Assembly: GCA_964470085.1 (NCBI GenBank)
Contig: CAYXZJ010000003.1
Span: 1 to 43,482, forward strand
Direction of reading: 5' to 3'
Length of the DNA stretch: 43,482 nucleotides
From: Candidatus Woesearchaeota archaeon
GTDB lineage: Archaea > Nanobdellota > Nanobdellia > Pacearchaeales > GW2011-AR1
The stretch's first letter is position 1; each line of letters starts with the position of its first letter. A program made the position numbers and the translations under genes. The notes below the pieces were generated by a model that searched no databases, was not told where the DNA came from, and was given only the letters and a program-made list of their open reading frames with translations. Shown here piece after piece: positions 14,937 through 24,181 of the stretch.

Positions 14937-16706
14937 ATGAAAAATAAACAAGTTTTATTTTTAGTATTGTTTTCTTTGGTTTTTTGCTTTAATTTGGTAA
15001 GTGGAATAACTATTTTTGATTGTAAATATAATAATGATATTTACTATAAAGATAGTTGTGATAAATTTTTTAATGAGCCTATTGATTGGGAAAATTTATC
15101 TTATGTAAATGTTACTAAACAAAATGTTACACAAAATGAGTCTAGTAATTACATTTACGATGATGGATCATCCGGAAAGAATACTGAAACTCAATATAAA
15201 ATTTACTATGGTTATAATAATGGAACTTCAAAAGAAGTTTATTTACAATACTCAAATGATTTATTTAATGACCCTAGTACTGGTATAATTGATGAACCAA
15301 AAAGTATTATTTTTGAATATGATGGTTCATATAGATATGAAAATAATAATAGTCAGGCATGGGTAGTAGATAATTGTACATCTGGTGGAGGTATGATAAA
15401 AATACATTATTATGGTATGAATAATCAATACATTGCGATAAAAATAAATGAAAATGGAGTACCTAATAAATGTACTACCAAAAGTGGGCATACATTTGAA
15501 ATGCCAACCACAAGAAGTATAAGTATGGATGGAAAAAGAAGCAACTTTAAAGAAATGTTGAATTCAGAAACAAATGAACTTATATTTAGATATACAATAA
15601 TTGATAATATTGTTTTTGTATGGGAATATAGTAATTATTTAAATCTATATTCCAAGGACAATGTTGAAGACCTTTCAACAATGGGAGGAGGATTTGATTC
15701 TTTTGTTTCTAAACTAAGTACTTATTATAAAGGTGCAAATGTAGAAGAAATAATAAATTTTTTATATGAAACAAATGATTACATTATTTTATCTCTTGAA
15801 AATGGATCTGGTTTTAATTTTTTGAAAGATAATGATATGTATAATTTTGAGGTTTTAAGTGTAAATAAAGAAGATTTGTCTGCATCATTTTTCTTTAAAC
15901 ACAACAATGAGCCCTCACAAATTGTAGAAGATAAAATAGGTAATCCCGGCTCAATTATTTACAATATAACAGAAAAAGGAGAAGTTATATTAATAATAGA
16001 AAAACAGAATGGACAAGTAGCAAGTTTTGCAACATCATCTTTGAAAGAAACAGAAGATTATGCAAAAAAATATGGATATACTTATTTAAATCATGATGAA
16101 AAAATATATTTAAAAAATGGTCAATTTTGCGATTTAGATAAAGGATGTGCTATACCGGAAGATATAAAACTAAGTGTTGAAAATAATACAAATGTTACAG
16201 AATCAAACACAGAAACAGAACACATTTTTAATGAAACTCCTACAATTGAAACTAAAAGAGAATATAACGTTTCAGGAGTAGAAGATAAATTTTATAAAGG
16301 ACTACAGGGGTATTTAAACACTTTAGCAGATTTAAAGGCGTTAGCAAATTTCAGATTGTCTAATTTGTCTTGTGATGAAATAAAAGATGTAATTCAAGAT
16401 AATATAAATGACATCCAAATTCCACAAGAAATACCATTTTCCGATGAAGTATTTTCTTTATCGCTTGATGGAAACTATCTAGGAAGTATTGTTTTAGAAA
16501 ATAAAATATTAACAGAATACATATGTGATGCTCCAGGTAAAATCACATATAAAGTTGATATCAATAAAAATATTCTAACCTCTTTAGAAACAAGTGAGGA
16601 TATTTTACAGACTGTTTTAGATAATGTAAAAATTGAAGGAACGACTATAGTAAAAAAAATAAAACTATTCTTCATAAAAATAGGGTTAGGAATATTATCC
16701 AGTTAA
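14937..16706 (+). CDS. Secreted hypothetical protein (signal peptide, N-glycosylation sequon-rich)
   Basis: MKNKQVLFLVLFSLVFCFNLVSG is a signal peptide, with AAGGGG upstream. The track ORF starts 15 codons earlier, at 14892. There are many NxS/T sites and no family I recognise. Confidence 0.55.
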   Translation: MKNKQVLFLVLFSLVFCFNLVSGITIFDCKYNNDIYYKDSCDKFFNEPIDWENLSYVNVTKQNVTQNESSNYIYDDGSSGKNTETQYKIYYGYNNGTSKEVYLQYSNDLFNDPSTGIIDEPKSIIFEYDGSYRYENNNSQAWVVDNCTSGGGMIKIHYYGMNNQYIAIKINENGVPNKCTTKSGHTFEMPTTRSISMDGKRSNFKEMLNSETNELIFRYTIIDNIVFVWEYSNYLNLYSKDNVEDLSTMGGGFDSFVSKLSTYYKGANVEEIINFLYETNDYIILSLENGSGFNFLKDNDMYNFEVLSVNKEDLSASFFFKHNNEPSQIVEDKIGNPGSIIYNITEKGEVILIIEKQNGQVASFATSSLKETEDYAKKYGYTYLNHDEKIYLKNGQFCDLDKGCAIPEDIKLSVENNTNVTESNTETEHIFNETPTIETKREYNVSGVEDKFYKGLQGYLNTLADLKALANFRLSNLSCDEIKDVIQDNINDIQIPQEIPFSDEVFSLSLDGNYLGSIVLENKILTEYICDAPGKITYKVDINKNILTSLETSEDILQTVLDNVKIEGTTIVKKIKLFFIKIGLGILSS

Positions 16707-16721
16707 ACTCCATTTTTCTTT

Positions 16722-16750
16722 GCGTGTTTTATTTTTCACACGCTTTTTTT
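16722..16750 (+). terminator. Hairpin plus T7 tract downstream of 14937..16706
   Basis: gcgtgt (16722..16727) pairs with acacgc (16738..16743) across a 10-nt loop, followed by ttttttt (16744..16750). Archaeal termination at oligo-T tracts is established. Confidence 0.4.
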
Positions 16751-16774
16751 GTGTTTATTAACCACGCGAAATCC

Positions 16775-16782
16775 TTATAAAT
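16775..16782 (+). promoter_or_regulatory. Candidate TATA box for aspS
   Basis: ttataaat sits about 21-28 nt upstream of the ATG at 16803 with no SD, which would fit a leaderless transcript. The AT-rich background makes this weak. Confidence 0.3.
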
Positions 16783-16802
16783 TATATTAGTGTAATACTC
16801 AC

Positions 16803-18074
16803 ATGGATAGAACATTAATCAATGATTTAAAACCAAACGAAAACGTTTTAATTAAAGGTTTTGTGTATGAAATAAGAGCTCTAGCAAAATTGAAATTTCT
16901 TCTAGTAAGAGATAGGACAGATATTGTTCAGTGTATAGTAAAAGATCAAAAACTAGATAATATATTCTCAGAATTAACACTAGAAAGTGCAGTTGAAATC
17001 GTAGGAAAAACAAAAGAAGCAAATGTAAAGACTGAATTCGTAAGAAAGGACATAGAAATTGAAGTTGAAGAAATTAAAATTGTAGCAAAAGCGGAACCAT
17101 TACCAATTCATATTAACGAAAAAACTACAACAACTGATTTTTCAACACGTTTAGATTACAGGTTTTTAGATATACGAAAACCAAAAGTTCAAGCAATTTT
17201 CATTGTAGAGGCAACAATAATGGACGCATACAGAGAATTTATGAGAAATGAGGGCGGATTAGAAGCAGTTTTTCCAAGTATTATAGGAGCAAGTTCAGAA
17301 GGAGGAACAGAACTCTACAGATTAAAATATTTTGAAAAAGACGCTTATTTATCACAAAGTTGCCAATTATACAAACAGATGCTTGCTTGTTCATTAGAAA
17401 AAGTGTTCGCAATATTCACAGTTTGGAGAGCAGAAAAACACAATACATTAAGACACCTGAACGAATCCAGACAATTAGACTATGAAGAAGGTTTCGCTGA
17501 TGAATTCAATATTATGAATACGTTAGGAAGATGTGTTCAATTCGTTGTATCAAAGGTTTTAGAAAAAAACAAAAAAGAGTTAGAAATTCTTGGAGTAACA
17601 CCAAAAGTTCCAGGAATAAAATATTTAACATTTGCAGAAACCATTGAAATACTCAAAAAAGAAGGAGTTCACACTGAAGAACTTGATTTAACACCTGATT
17701 GTGAGAAAAAACTAGGGGAATTGTTTCCAAATACAGTAGTTTTCGTACATGATTGGCCTTTGGCAGGGAAACCATTCTATATAATGCCTAAAGGAGAAAA
17801 TTTGAGTTGTGGATTTGATGCAATATATCAAGGAATGGAATTGTCTTCCGGTGGACAAAGAATTCATATCCCTACATTATTAGAAGAAAGACTAATTGCA
17901 AAAGGATTAGACCCAAAAGATTTCAAAGATTATATTGACAGTTTCAGATACGGAGCTCCACCACACGGCGGTTTCGGAATGGGTTTAGAAAGATTAACAA
18001 TGTTAATACTTGGGATTCAAAATATAAGAGAAGTCGCTCTTTTCCCAAGAGATAGAACTAGGTTAACCCCTTAG
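16803..18074 (+). CDS. aspS: Aspartyl-tRNA synthetase, archaeal type
   Basis: An OB-fold N-terminus is followed by class II motifs: FRAEKHNTLRHLNE, GMELSSGGQRIH, YGAPPHGGFGMGLERL and ALFPRDRTRLTP. Confidence 0.93.
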   Translation: MDRTLINDLKPNENVLIKGFVYEIRALAKLKFLLVRDRTDIVQCIVKDQKLDNIFSELTLESAVEIVGKTKEANVKTEFVRKDIEIEVEEIKIVAKAEPLPIHINEKTTTTDFSTRLDYRFLDIRKPKVQAIFIVEATIMDAYREFMRNEGGLEAVFPSIIGASSEGGTELYRLKYFEKDAYLSQSCQLYKQMLACSLEKVFAIFTVWRAEKHNTLRHLNESRQLDYEEGFADEFNIMNTLGRCVQFVVSKVLEKNKKELEILGVTPKVPGIKYLTFAETIEILKKEGVHTEELDLTPDCEKKLGELFPNTVVFVHDWPLAGKPFYIMPKGENLSCGFDAIYQGMELSSGGQRIHIPTLLEERLIAKGLDPKDFKDYIDSFRYGAPPHGGFGMGLERLTMLILGIQNIREVALFPRDRTRLTP

Positions 18075-18124
18075 GGACAAATTAATAACAAAAAGTATAT
18101 AAATTAAGTTTTTTACTACTTTAT

Positions 18125-19819
18125 ATGAATAAATCACACAAATTATTGGGATTGTTCTTTATATTAACATTTTTGTCTTCACTCACGTACGCTGGAGCCT
18201 GTAACGATGCATTTACATATCTATATGGTGAAATAATCAAGGATGATTTTAATAATAGTTTTGTTAATGGTATATTAGATGTCACAAAAAACGTTGCATA
18301 TAATGGAACAAAAATTATAGAAAATCTATCTATAGACTGGGAAAACCTTGAAATGGACATAAATTCATCAATAAATTTCTCTCAATTCGATTTTACAAAT
18401 ATGTCTGACTATATTAACCAAATAAATTTTTCAGATGGATTCGGTGGATTAAGAAATTATTTGTCTAATTTTAGTATTATAAATGGAACAAATTCATTAT
18501 TTAATTTATCTCATTTAGGACCTTTTTATAATTACATAATTGAACAGGATTTCTTTGATGTAATAGAGAATTTAAATATTACTAAAATAAATGAAAAAGA
18601 CTTAAATTTTTCTAACATTTCTACAGTAAAAGAAATAATTCGTGAAATATTAATTACCATAAATTATCCTGATAATATTTCTTCTAAATTTAATATTTCT
18701 TCTAAATTCAATGTTACAATAGAAAATTGCACAAAAGATATAGAAATAAATTTAGAATTTAATGATGAAATTATAGAATATGAATTACATTTAGGTGGAC
18801 ATTTATTCTCCGGAAAAATTGTTTTATATACAAACAAAATAGTCGCAGATATACAATACGAAAAAAATATACTTATAGCAGAAGCAATTTTCAATAACAA
18901 AAATGTATTCCTTTCAATTGACATAGGCGAAATAATAAATACATCAGACAACTCATTAATTACAATAAATAGCACAGCGGTTACTAACGGAAGCACAAAT
19001 GTTTCCAATATGATAATGTTGAAACCAAATTCAACCAATGTAACTATACAAATTCCGAAATCTACAGTTATTTCTAGTACAAATATGTCATGGGACGGAA
19101 CAATAAAATCTCCAACATTAATAAAAGCAGATATTCCATATAAATCAGGTAAAACAAGAACACAAAGTATAGCAATATCTGTCGGTTCAGATACTGAAAG
19201 TTTAACTTTTAGTAACGCAGTAAAACTACTTTTTCCAGGAGAATCCGGTAAAGAAGTAGCATACATAACTAATGACGGTTCATTCAATATAATAACAAAT
19301 GTTTGTGCAGAAAATACTCAAGATTGGGCAAACACAAATATAACAGCAGCTAGCGAATGTTATTTTGACGATGGAAATGATATAACAATCTGGACAAAAC
19401 ATTTTACAGATTTTTTAACTTATACAGAAACAACAAAAAGCTACTCATCAAAAAGTACTTGTGTGACAAAATGGACATGTAGTGAGTGGTCAACTTGTGT
19501 TGACGGCATACAAACAAGAGAATGTAGTTACCCAACCGGAAATTGTGTCCCAACAGAATCAAGGCCAAGAGAAATTGGAACATGTTATATAACAGAAAAA
19601 ATTCCAGAACAAATAATATTAAACAACAGCGAAAAAGATAGTACTAAAAAAGCAGGATTCGGTCTAGGTGCAGTTATTGGAGGTTCAGGTTTCACAATTT
19701 GGATAGTAATTGCATTAGCAATAGTTGTTATTTTATTATTAATAATTTTACTAAACCTTAATAAAAAAGAAAAAAAATTAAGTACTAAAGACAAAAGAGA
19801 CGACAAAAAAACAGAATAA
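18125..19819 (+). CDS. Surface protein: signal peptide, sequon-rich ectodomain, conserved C-terminal module, TSP1-like Cys motif, TM anchor
   Basis: The signal is LLGLFFILTFLSSLTYAGA. The C-terminus has GFTIWIVIALAIVVILLLIILL followed by a basic tail. It shares a module with the next gene: IWTKHFTDFLTYTETT and WTCSEWSTCVDGIQTRECS. Confidence 0.65.
   Translation: MNKSHKLLGLFFILTFLSSLTYAGACNDAFTYLYGEIIKDDFNNSFVNGILDVTKNVAYNGTKIIENLSIDWENLEMDINSSINFSQFDFTNMSDYINQINFSDGFGGLRNYLSNFSIINGTNSLFNLSHLGPFYNYIIEQDFFDVIENLNITKINEKDLNFSNISTVKEIIREILITINYPDNISSKFNISSKFNVTIENCTKDIEINLEFNDEIIEYELHLGGHLFSGKIVLYTNKIVADIQYEKNILIAEAIFNNKNVFLSIDIGEIINTSDNSLITINSTAVTNGSTNVSNMIMLKPNSTNVTIQIPKSTVISSTNMSWDGTIKSPTLIKADIPYKSGKTRTQSIAISVGSDTESLTFSNAVKLLFPGESGKEVAYITNDGSFNIITNVCAENTQDWANTNITAASECYFDDGNDITIWTKHFTDFLTYTETTKSYSSKSTCVTKWTCSEWSTCVDGIQTRECSYPTGNCVPTESRPREIGTCYITEKIPEQIILNNSEKDSTKKAGFGLGAVIGGSGFTIWIVIALAIVVILLLIILLNLNKKEKKLSTKDKRDDKKTE
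18674..18709 (+). repeat. In-frame 18-nt tandem duplication (NISSKF x2)
   Basis: aatatttcttctaaattt followed by aatatttcttctaaattc, with only the last base differing. Confidence 0.8.
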
Positions 19820-19830
19820 ATATAGTTTTA

Positions 19831-22074
19831 ATGCTCCTTTGTAAAATGAATCAAATAATAAAAAACATAATCAACAGAACAATAATTTTCCTATTTATCA
19901 CAATATTCGTATTATTAATTTCATTCGTCAAATCCGAAGAAATTCCAGTAGAATTATCAAATCTTAATAACTTAATTAATGAAAGTAATTCAATAAACAA
20001 AATATATTATTTAGAATCAAACAAATATTGGAAAGAATTTGTATCAGAAAGAACAATTTCAATGGAAATATACGATAATATGAATTCTAAAGAACAAATA
20101 ACATCTGAAGATATTGAACAAATTATTTCACAAACACAAAAACTAAAAGACAAATTAGAAATAATAAGAGGAATAATAGAATTAGACAAATCATTCGCAG
20201 ATAGAAAATCTCCTGCAGGATTTGAAGGTGTAATTAATCAAAATTCAATAAATGGAGATTCCCGAATAAGAATATTCTTTACACCTGAAGATTCAAGTGT
20301 CAAATTATTAATGTCAACAAAACTACAATCCCAAAATTTGGTGACTGGAACTTCTGGACTTGGATTAAAAACCGGGATAGTAAACGTAATATCAACAAAT
20401 TTCGCCTATCAAATAAAATCTGCAGGAAAAACGGTAAATTTATACGATTCAAATGGAAATAAAAAATCAAATTCGGTTTTGCAAGATGAAGCACAAAGTA
20501 TAGCATTAAATTGGGCTGGAATATCTAATGCACTTGCTGCATTATTTACAAAATATAATGTATTAAACGGAAAAATAAAAGATTTTACAATAATTGGAAA
20601 AACAAGCAGTGGAACTCTTTTCGAAAGAACATATCAATTTATGTTCATAAATGCGAAAGTAGAAACATTTAACACAACAATAAAATATTATTGTTATTTC
20701 TCAAACCTATATGAATGTAATAAAATATTCTTTTATGATTGGGATAATTCATTAATAAAAACTGAATATCCTAGTAAAGGTTCATCATCAACATTTGAAC
20801 CGAATAGAGAAGGATACAATTTTTTAGGATGGAATAATTCTGTAAGTAATGTATTATCAAATATAGAGACATATGCTCAATACGAAATAAAAAAATTCAA
20901 CGTAATCTTCAAAAACTATAACGGAAGTATACTTTCTACTCAAATTGTAGAATATGGTCAATCGGCAACAGAGCCAGAAATTCCAACACGAGAAAATTAT
21001 AATTTTATAAAATGGAACGATTCATTTGAAAACATAAAAAAAGATATAGAAATAACTGCACAATTCAGACAAATGGATTTAACTTCAGAAATACTAATAA
21101 ATTCGAGTGAAAATACTATAAACTTAACATCCGAGAACTTTGGAATACTACTAAATTTAACATCATTAATTAATTCGACAACCAAAAGTGGAACAATTCC
21201 AGAAATTAATATTACATTTCCTAATATTTCAATAAGTATACCAAAGAATAATGTTTCAAGCACATCCAATTGGGATGAAAGTATTATTTTCCCAAATAAT
21301 CCAACAGCATCATTACCATCTACACAATTAATTCAGCGAAACGTAAGTACAGTAATACTAATAGGTTCATCAACAACATCATTATTATTTTCCAACGCAA
21401 TACGAATAGAATTTATCGGAGAAAAGAATAAAGAAGTTGGATATTTCAACTCCGACGAAGTTTTTAATAAAATAACAAACCAATGTTCTATTGACGATCA
21501 AAATTGGGCAAATACAAATCTAACAATTGGAGATTGCTATTTACATAACGGGAATAATACAATCATCTGGACAAAACATCTTACTAAATTTGTAACATAT
21601 ACAGAAACTACAATAGATATATCAACTCCAACTCCAGTTTCTGTTCCAACAACAAGTGGTGGAATTAGCAAAAGTTCTTCATCTTCTAAATCCACAAGTA
21701 AAAATACAGAACCAACTTGGAATTGTTCAGAATGGTCAATTTGTACAAACAAATTTCAAACAAGAACATGTAATTGTATAAAAAATTGCCTAACATCGTC
21801 AAAATCAACTCCAGTTTTATCAATAGAGTGTAACGAACCAAATCAACAAGAAGAAATTATAGTTATAAAAACACCAACCACAGGTAATTCTATTAAAAAA
21901 TCTAACGAAGTATTCAATTTATCAGACAACATTGAACTAATAATATTTATCGCAATAGCAATAATTACATTATTATCAATATTTTTATTATATTATACAT
22001 TACTAAAAAAAACTAACAATCAGCCAAAAGTATCTTCGCCTCAGAAGGTCGAGCTCCAAGACCACGAATATTAA
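19831..22074 (+). CDS. Surface protein with Listeria-Bacteroides (Flg_new/InlB B-repeat-like) repeats, conserved C-terminal module, TSP1-like Cys motif, TM anchor
   Basis: REGYNFLGWNNS...YAQYEIKKFNVIFKNYNGSIL..QIVEYGQSATEPEIPTRENYNFIKWNDSF...ITAQF fits the Flg_new repeat pattern. The C-terminal module has IWTKHLTKFVTYTETT and WNCSEWSICTNKFQTRTCNC. The TM segment is IELIIFIAIAIITLLSIFLLYY. Confidence 0.65.
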   Translation: MLLCKMNQIIKNIINRTIIFLFITIFVLLISFVKSEEIPVELSNLNNLINESNSINKIYYLESNKYWKEFVSERTISMEIYDNMNSKEQITSEDIEQIISQTQKLKDKLEIIRGIIELDKSFADRKSPAGFEGVINQNSINGDSRIRIFFTPEDSSVKLLMSTKLQSQNLVTGTSGLGLKTGIVNVISTNFAYQIKSAGKTVNLYDSNGNKKSNSVLQDEAQSIALNWAGISNALAALFTKYNVLNGKIKDFTIIGKTSSGTLFERTYQFMFINAKVETFNTTIKYYCYFSNLYECNKIFFYDWDNSLIKTEYPSKGSSSTFEPNREGYNFLGWNNSVSNVLSNIETYAQYEIKKFNVIFKNYNGSILSTQIVEYGQSATEPEIPTRENYNFIKWNDSFENIKKDIEITAQFRQMDLTSEILINSSENTINLTSENFGILLNLTSLINSTTKSGTIPEINITFPNISISIPKNNVSSTSNWDESIIFPNNPTASLPSTQLIQRNVSTVILIGSSTTSLLFSNAIRIEFIGEKNKEVGYFNSDEVFNKITNQCSIDDQNWANTNLTIGDCYLHNGNNTIIWTKHLTKFVTYTETTIDISTPTPVSVPTTSGGISKSSSSSKSTSKNTEPTWNCSEWSICTNKFQTRTCNCIKNCLTSSKSTPVLSIECNEPNQQEEIIVIKTPTTGNSIKKSNEVFNLSDNIELIIFIAIAIITLLSIFLLYYTLLKKTNNQPKVSSPQKVELQDHEY

Positions 22075-22612
22075 AATAACCCGTATTAAAATTTAATCCC
22101 AATAAAGATAAAAGATAGGATTCTGAAAAAGACGAAATCCCCAAAGTAGTAGTGGATATTGGTTCAGCATTATAATTTAATGCAAGTATATAATCTTCTT
22201 CTCCAGATTCATTATTCACCTTTACTATATTAAAATCATTCAATGAATAACAAACTGGTGTATTTGTAGAAGAATGTATCTTGTTTCTTAAACAATTTTC
22301 TTTCATACTTTCTGTTAAAGTTGAATATTCTGTCGTCGGAATACGCCTATACATATCTTCATTATATACCAAACCCAACAAAATACTGCTATTTTGAAAA
22401 TCAAAACTAGAATTTGCTCTTTCTTCAATATCTTTTGACCGAACCAATCTTTTATTAATATGTTCAAATTTAAAAAAATTATTTAAACTAACCATTGCAT
22501 GTGCATTAGGATTCATATCGTCTCCTAATATAAGGTTAGCATTATTACCTAAATTTTTACTAACATATTTATTATATTCTCTCCTTAATTCATCATCTAA
22601 AAAATTAATCAT
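22013..22612 (-). CDS. Uncharacterised protein, most divergent member (P3) of a 4-copy paralog family
   Basis: It shares blocks with P1, P2 and P4: EYNKYVSKN; DDMNPNAHAMVSLNNFF; SILLGLVYNE; EYSTLTESMKENC; NTPVCYSLNDFNIV. Its start overlaps the P2 stop by 8 nt. Its 3' end overlaps the convergent surface-protein gene by 62 nt. Confidence 0.5.
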   Translation of the reverse strand: MINFLDDELRREYNKYVSKNLGNNANLILGDDMNPNAHAMVSLNNFFKFEHINKRLVRSKDIEERANSSFDFQNSSILLGLVYNEDMYRRIPTTEYSTLTESMKENCLRNKIHSSTNTPVCYSLNDFNIVKVNNESGEEDYILALNYNAEPISTTTLGISSFSESYLLSLLGLNFNTGYFNIRGLGARPSEAKILLADC

Positions 22613-23378
22613 TATAACTCTCCAATAAAGTTTTACTATTCAATGTAAGTAATATCCTCCCATTTGGGTTATATGATCTACTAATTTCTCTCTTACACAA
22701 ATCAAAATTAGAATTTACAGATAAAACCGACAATCCAGAACCATTTGATTCGTCAATTATTCTTCTATTGCCTCTACCATTACTAATTGGAACACCATGT
22801 TTGTTTACCATTTGAAATCTCATAGTATAATTATTTAACTCCGATACATGTAATACTTCAGGAAAATCTTTTGAGAAATAAAAATGAAAATAATAATCAT
22901 CTTTTACGGGGTTTTTCTTCAAAACAAGATTATTTAATGGAATTAAAACAGGATTTTCTTTAGAATACTTGATATTAAGATTTTCTAATTGTTCAGACAA
23001 TTTTTCAGTAATATACTGATCAAATAAAGATACGTTTTCACCAGACAACACTAAACCAGTCTCAATAAATTTATTTTTTAAATTAATTCCTTTATTATCA
23101 AATTTCAAAATACTTTCTAGAGAAACTGGGGAAACAAATTGAAATGGTTGATTTTTAGTCCTTAACATTCTATTAACAACACCAATTGCATAAGGATTAG
23201 AACCATAAACATTACCTTTATTATATTCTAGCATACTTTTCAAAAAATCGTCACCCTCGAAATTAGAATCTATAAAATCACAATAATTTTCATAAAAAAG
23301 TCTCGCATCATGTCCTCTCACATAAGTAGGTATTTCTTTTGGAAGTTTAATATTTAAATTATACATATTCCCAACCAT
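22605..23378 (-). CDS. Uncharacterised protein, paralog family member P2
   Basis: Blocks: LFYENYCDFI; YGSNPYAIGVVNRML; FQFVSPVSLESIL; IETGLVLSG; LFDQYITEKLSEQ; NPVLIPLNNLVL; NKHGVPISNGRGNRRIIDESNGSGLSVLSVNSN. There is no signal peptide or TM segment. Confidence 0.6.
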   Translation of the reverse strand: MVGNMYNLNIKLPKEIPTYVRGHDARLFYENYCDFIDSNFEGDDFLKSMLEYNKGNVYGSNPYAIGVVNRMLRTKNQPFQFVSPVSLESILKFDNKGINLKNKFIETGLVLSGENVSLFDQYITEKLSEQLENLNIKYSKENPVLIPLNNLVLKKNPVKDDYYFHFYFSKDFPEVLHVSELNNYTMRFQMVNKHGVPISNGRGNRRIIDESNGSGLSVLSVNSNFDLCKREISRSYNPNGRILLTLNSKTLLESYND

Positions 23379-23427
23379 AATATTATTTTTTTAAAATATT
23401 ATTTAAACTTTGTCTCTTTTATTCGTC

Positions 23428-24123
23428 CTAAGGTAGTGACATTATATACACATCAGATTCAGATTCATTATTTTTTAATCCATGCGAATAAAAAATATCA
23501 TAATTTCTCTTAATGCTAAGTTTTCCTAATCCATCACGACTTTGTTGTGCTATAATTTTATGCTCACCATCTGGCCTTATTATGGGACATCCTTTCTCAT
23601 CAATACTTGAATATTTGCAACCTAATCTAGAAGATCTCATTCCTCTAACAACATTATATGAAATATTTGGACTTCTTAACTCAATAAAATGTTTCTCTCT
23701 TTTTTTATCATAAGAAAACTTAAATGCACTAAACGGTAATAAAACCAAATCGTTAGGTGTTAAAGGTGTTTCATCATCTTCAATTTTTTTATCCAAAGAC
23801 GTATATAGTGTAGATAAATCTTCATCTTTAGAAGAATCAAAACCATCGTAAATAACTCCAATATCAATTGGATTTTTTAAATCTTTAATTGATTTAATAT
23901 GTTCTAAATCCCCTAAACTAAGTGTTCTATACTCTTTTCGCTCAAACGAACTTATTTCATATTTCAAAAATTCATCTAAAATAATCATGTTAGCAATATT
24001 AGATTGAACGGCACAACCATGTCTATCGTCATCAAGGAAAAATGGATATTCAGATTTGTATTTCTTACACACATAACTATTAAATGATTTTAATAATCTA
24101 CCAGACAATTTCTGAATCGCCAT
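23428..24123 (-). CDS. Uncharacterised protein, paralog family member P1
   Basis: Blocks: SFNSYVCKKY; DDDRHGCAVQSNIANMII; YRTLSLGDLEHI; IDIGVIYDG; LSTLYTSLDKKIE; DLVLLPFSAFKF; DEKGCPIIRPDGEHKIIAQQSRDGLGKLSIKRN. Confidence 0.6.
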   Translation of the reverse strand: MAIQKLSGRLLKSFNSYVCKKYKSEYPFFLDDDRHGCAVQSNIANMIILDEFLKYEISSFERKEYRTLSLGDLEHIKSIKDLKNPIDIGVIYDGFDSSKDEDLSTLYTSLDKKIEDDETPLTPNDLVLLPFSAFKFSYDKKREKHFIELRSPNISYNVVRGMRSSRLGCKYSSIDEKGCPIIRPDGEHKIIAQQSRDGLGKLSIKRNYDIFYSHGLKNNESESDVYIMSLP

Positions 24124-24181
24124 AACTATGTATTACAATATCTTTAATAAACATTATTATGATTAAATATTATAATTAGAA

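Noticed and set aside
18664-19287. 207-aa minus-strand ORF. The same applies to 18121..18360, 19585..19806, 20007..20189, 20300..20506, 20997..21269 and 21537..21752.
   Set aside because: All are antisense to the two long surface-protein genes, which have signal peptides, TM anchors and shared modules. The antisense products are low-complexity, as expected for AT-rich antisense frames.
22037-22066. GC-rich 30-mer as a tRNA fragment or integration att site
   Set aside because: It cannot be folded into a T-arm/acceptor structure: the GGTC/GACC stem is only 4 bp with a 9-nt loop, and there is no TTCRA loop. I found no second copy in the window and no integrase nearby. It is kept only as a low-interest observation.
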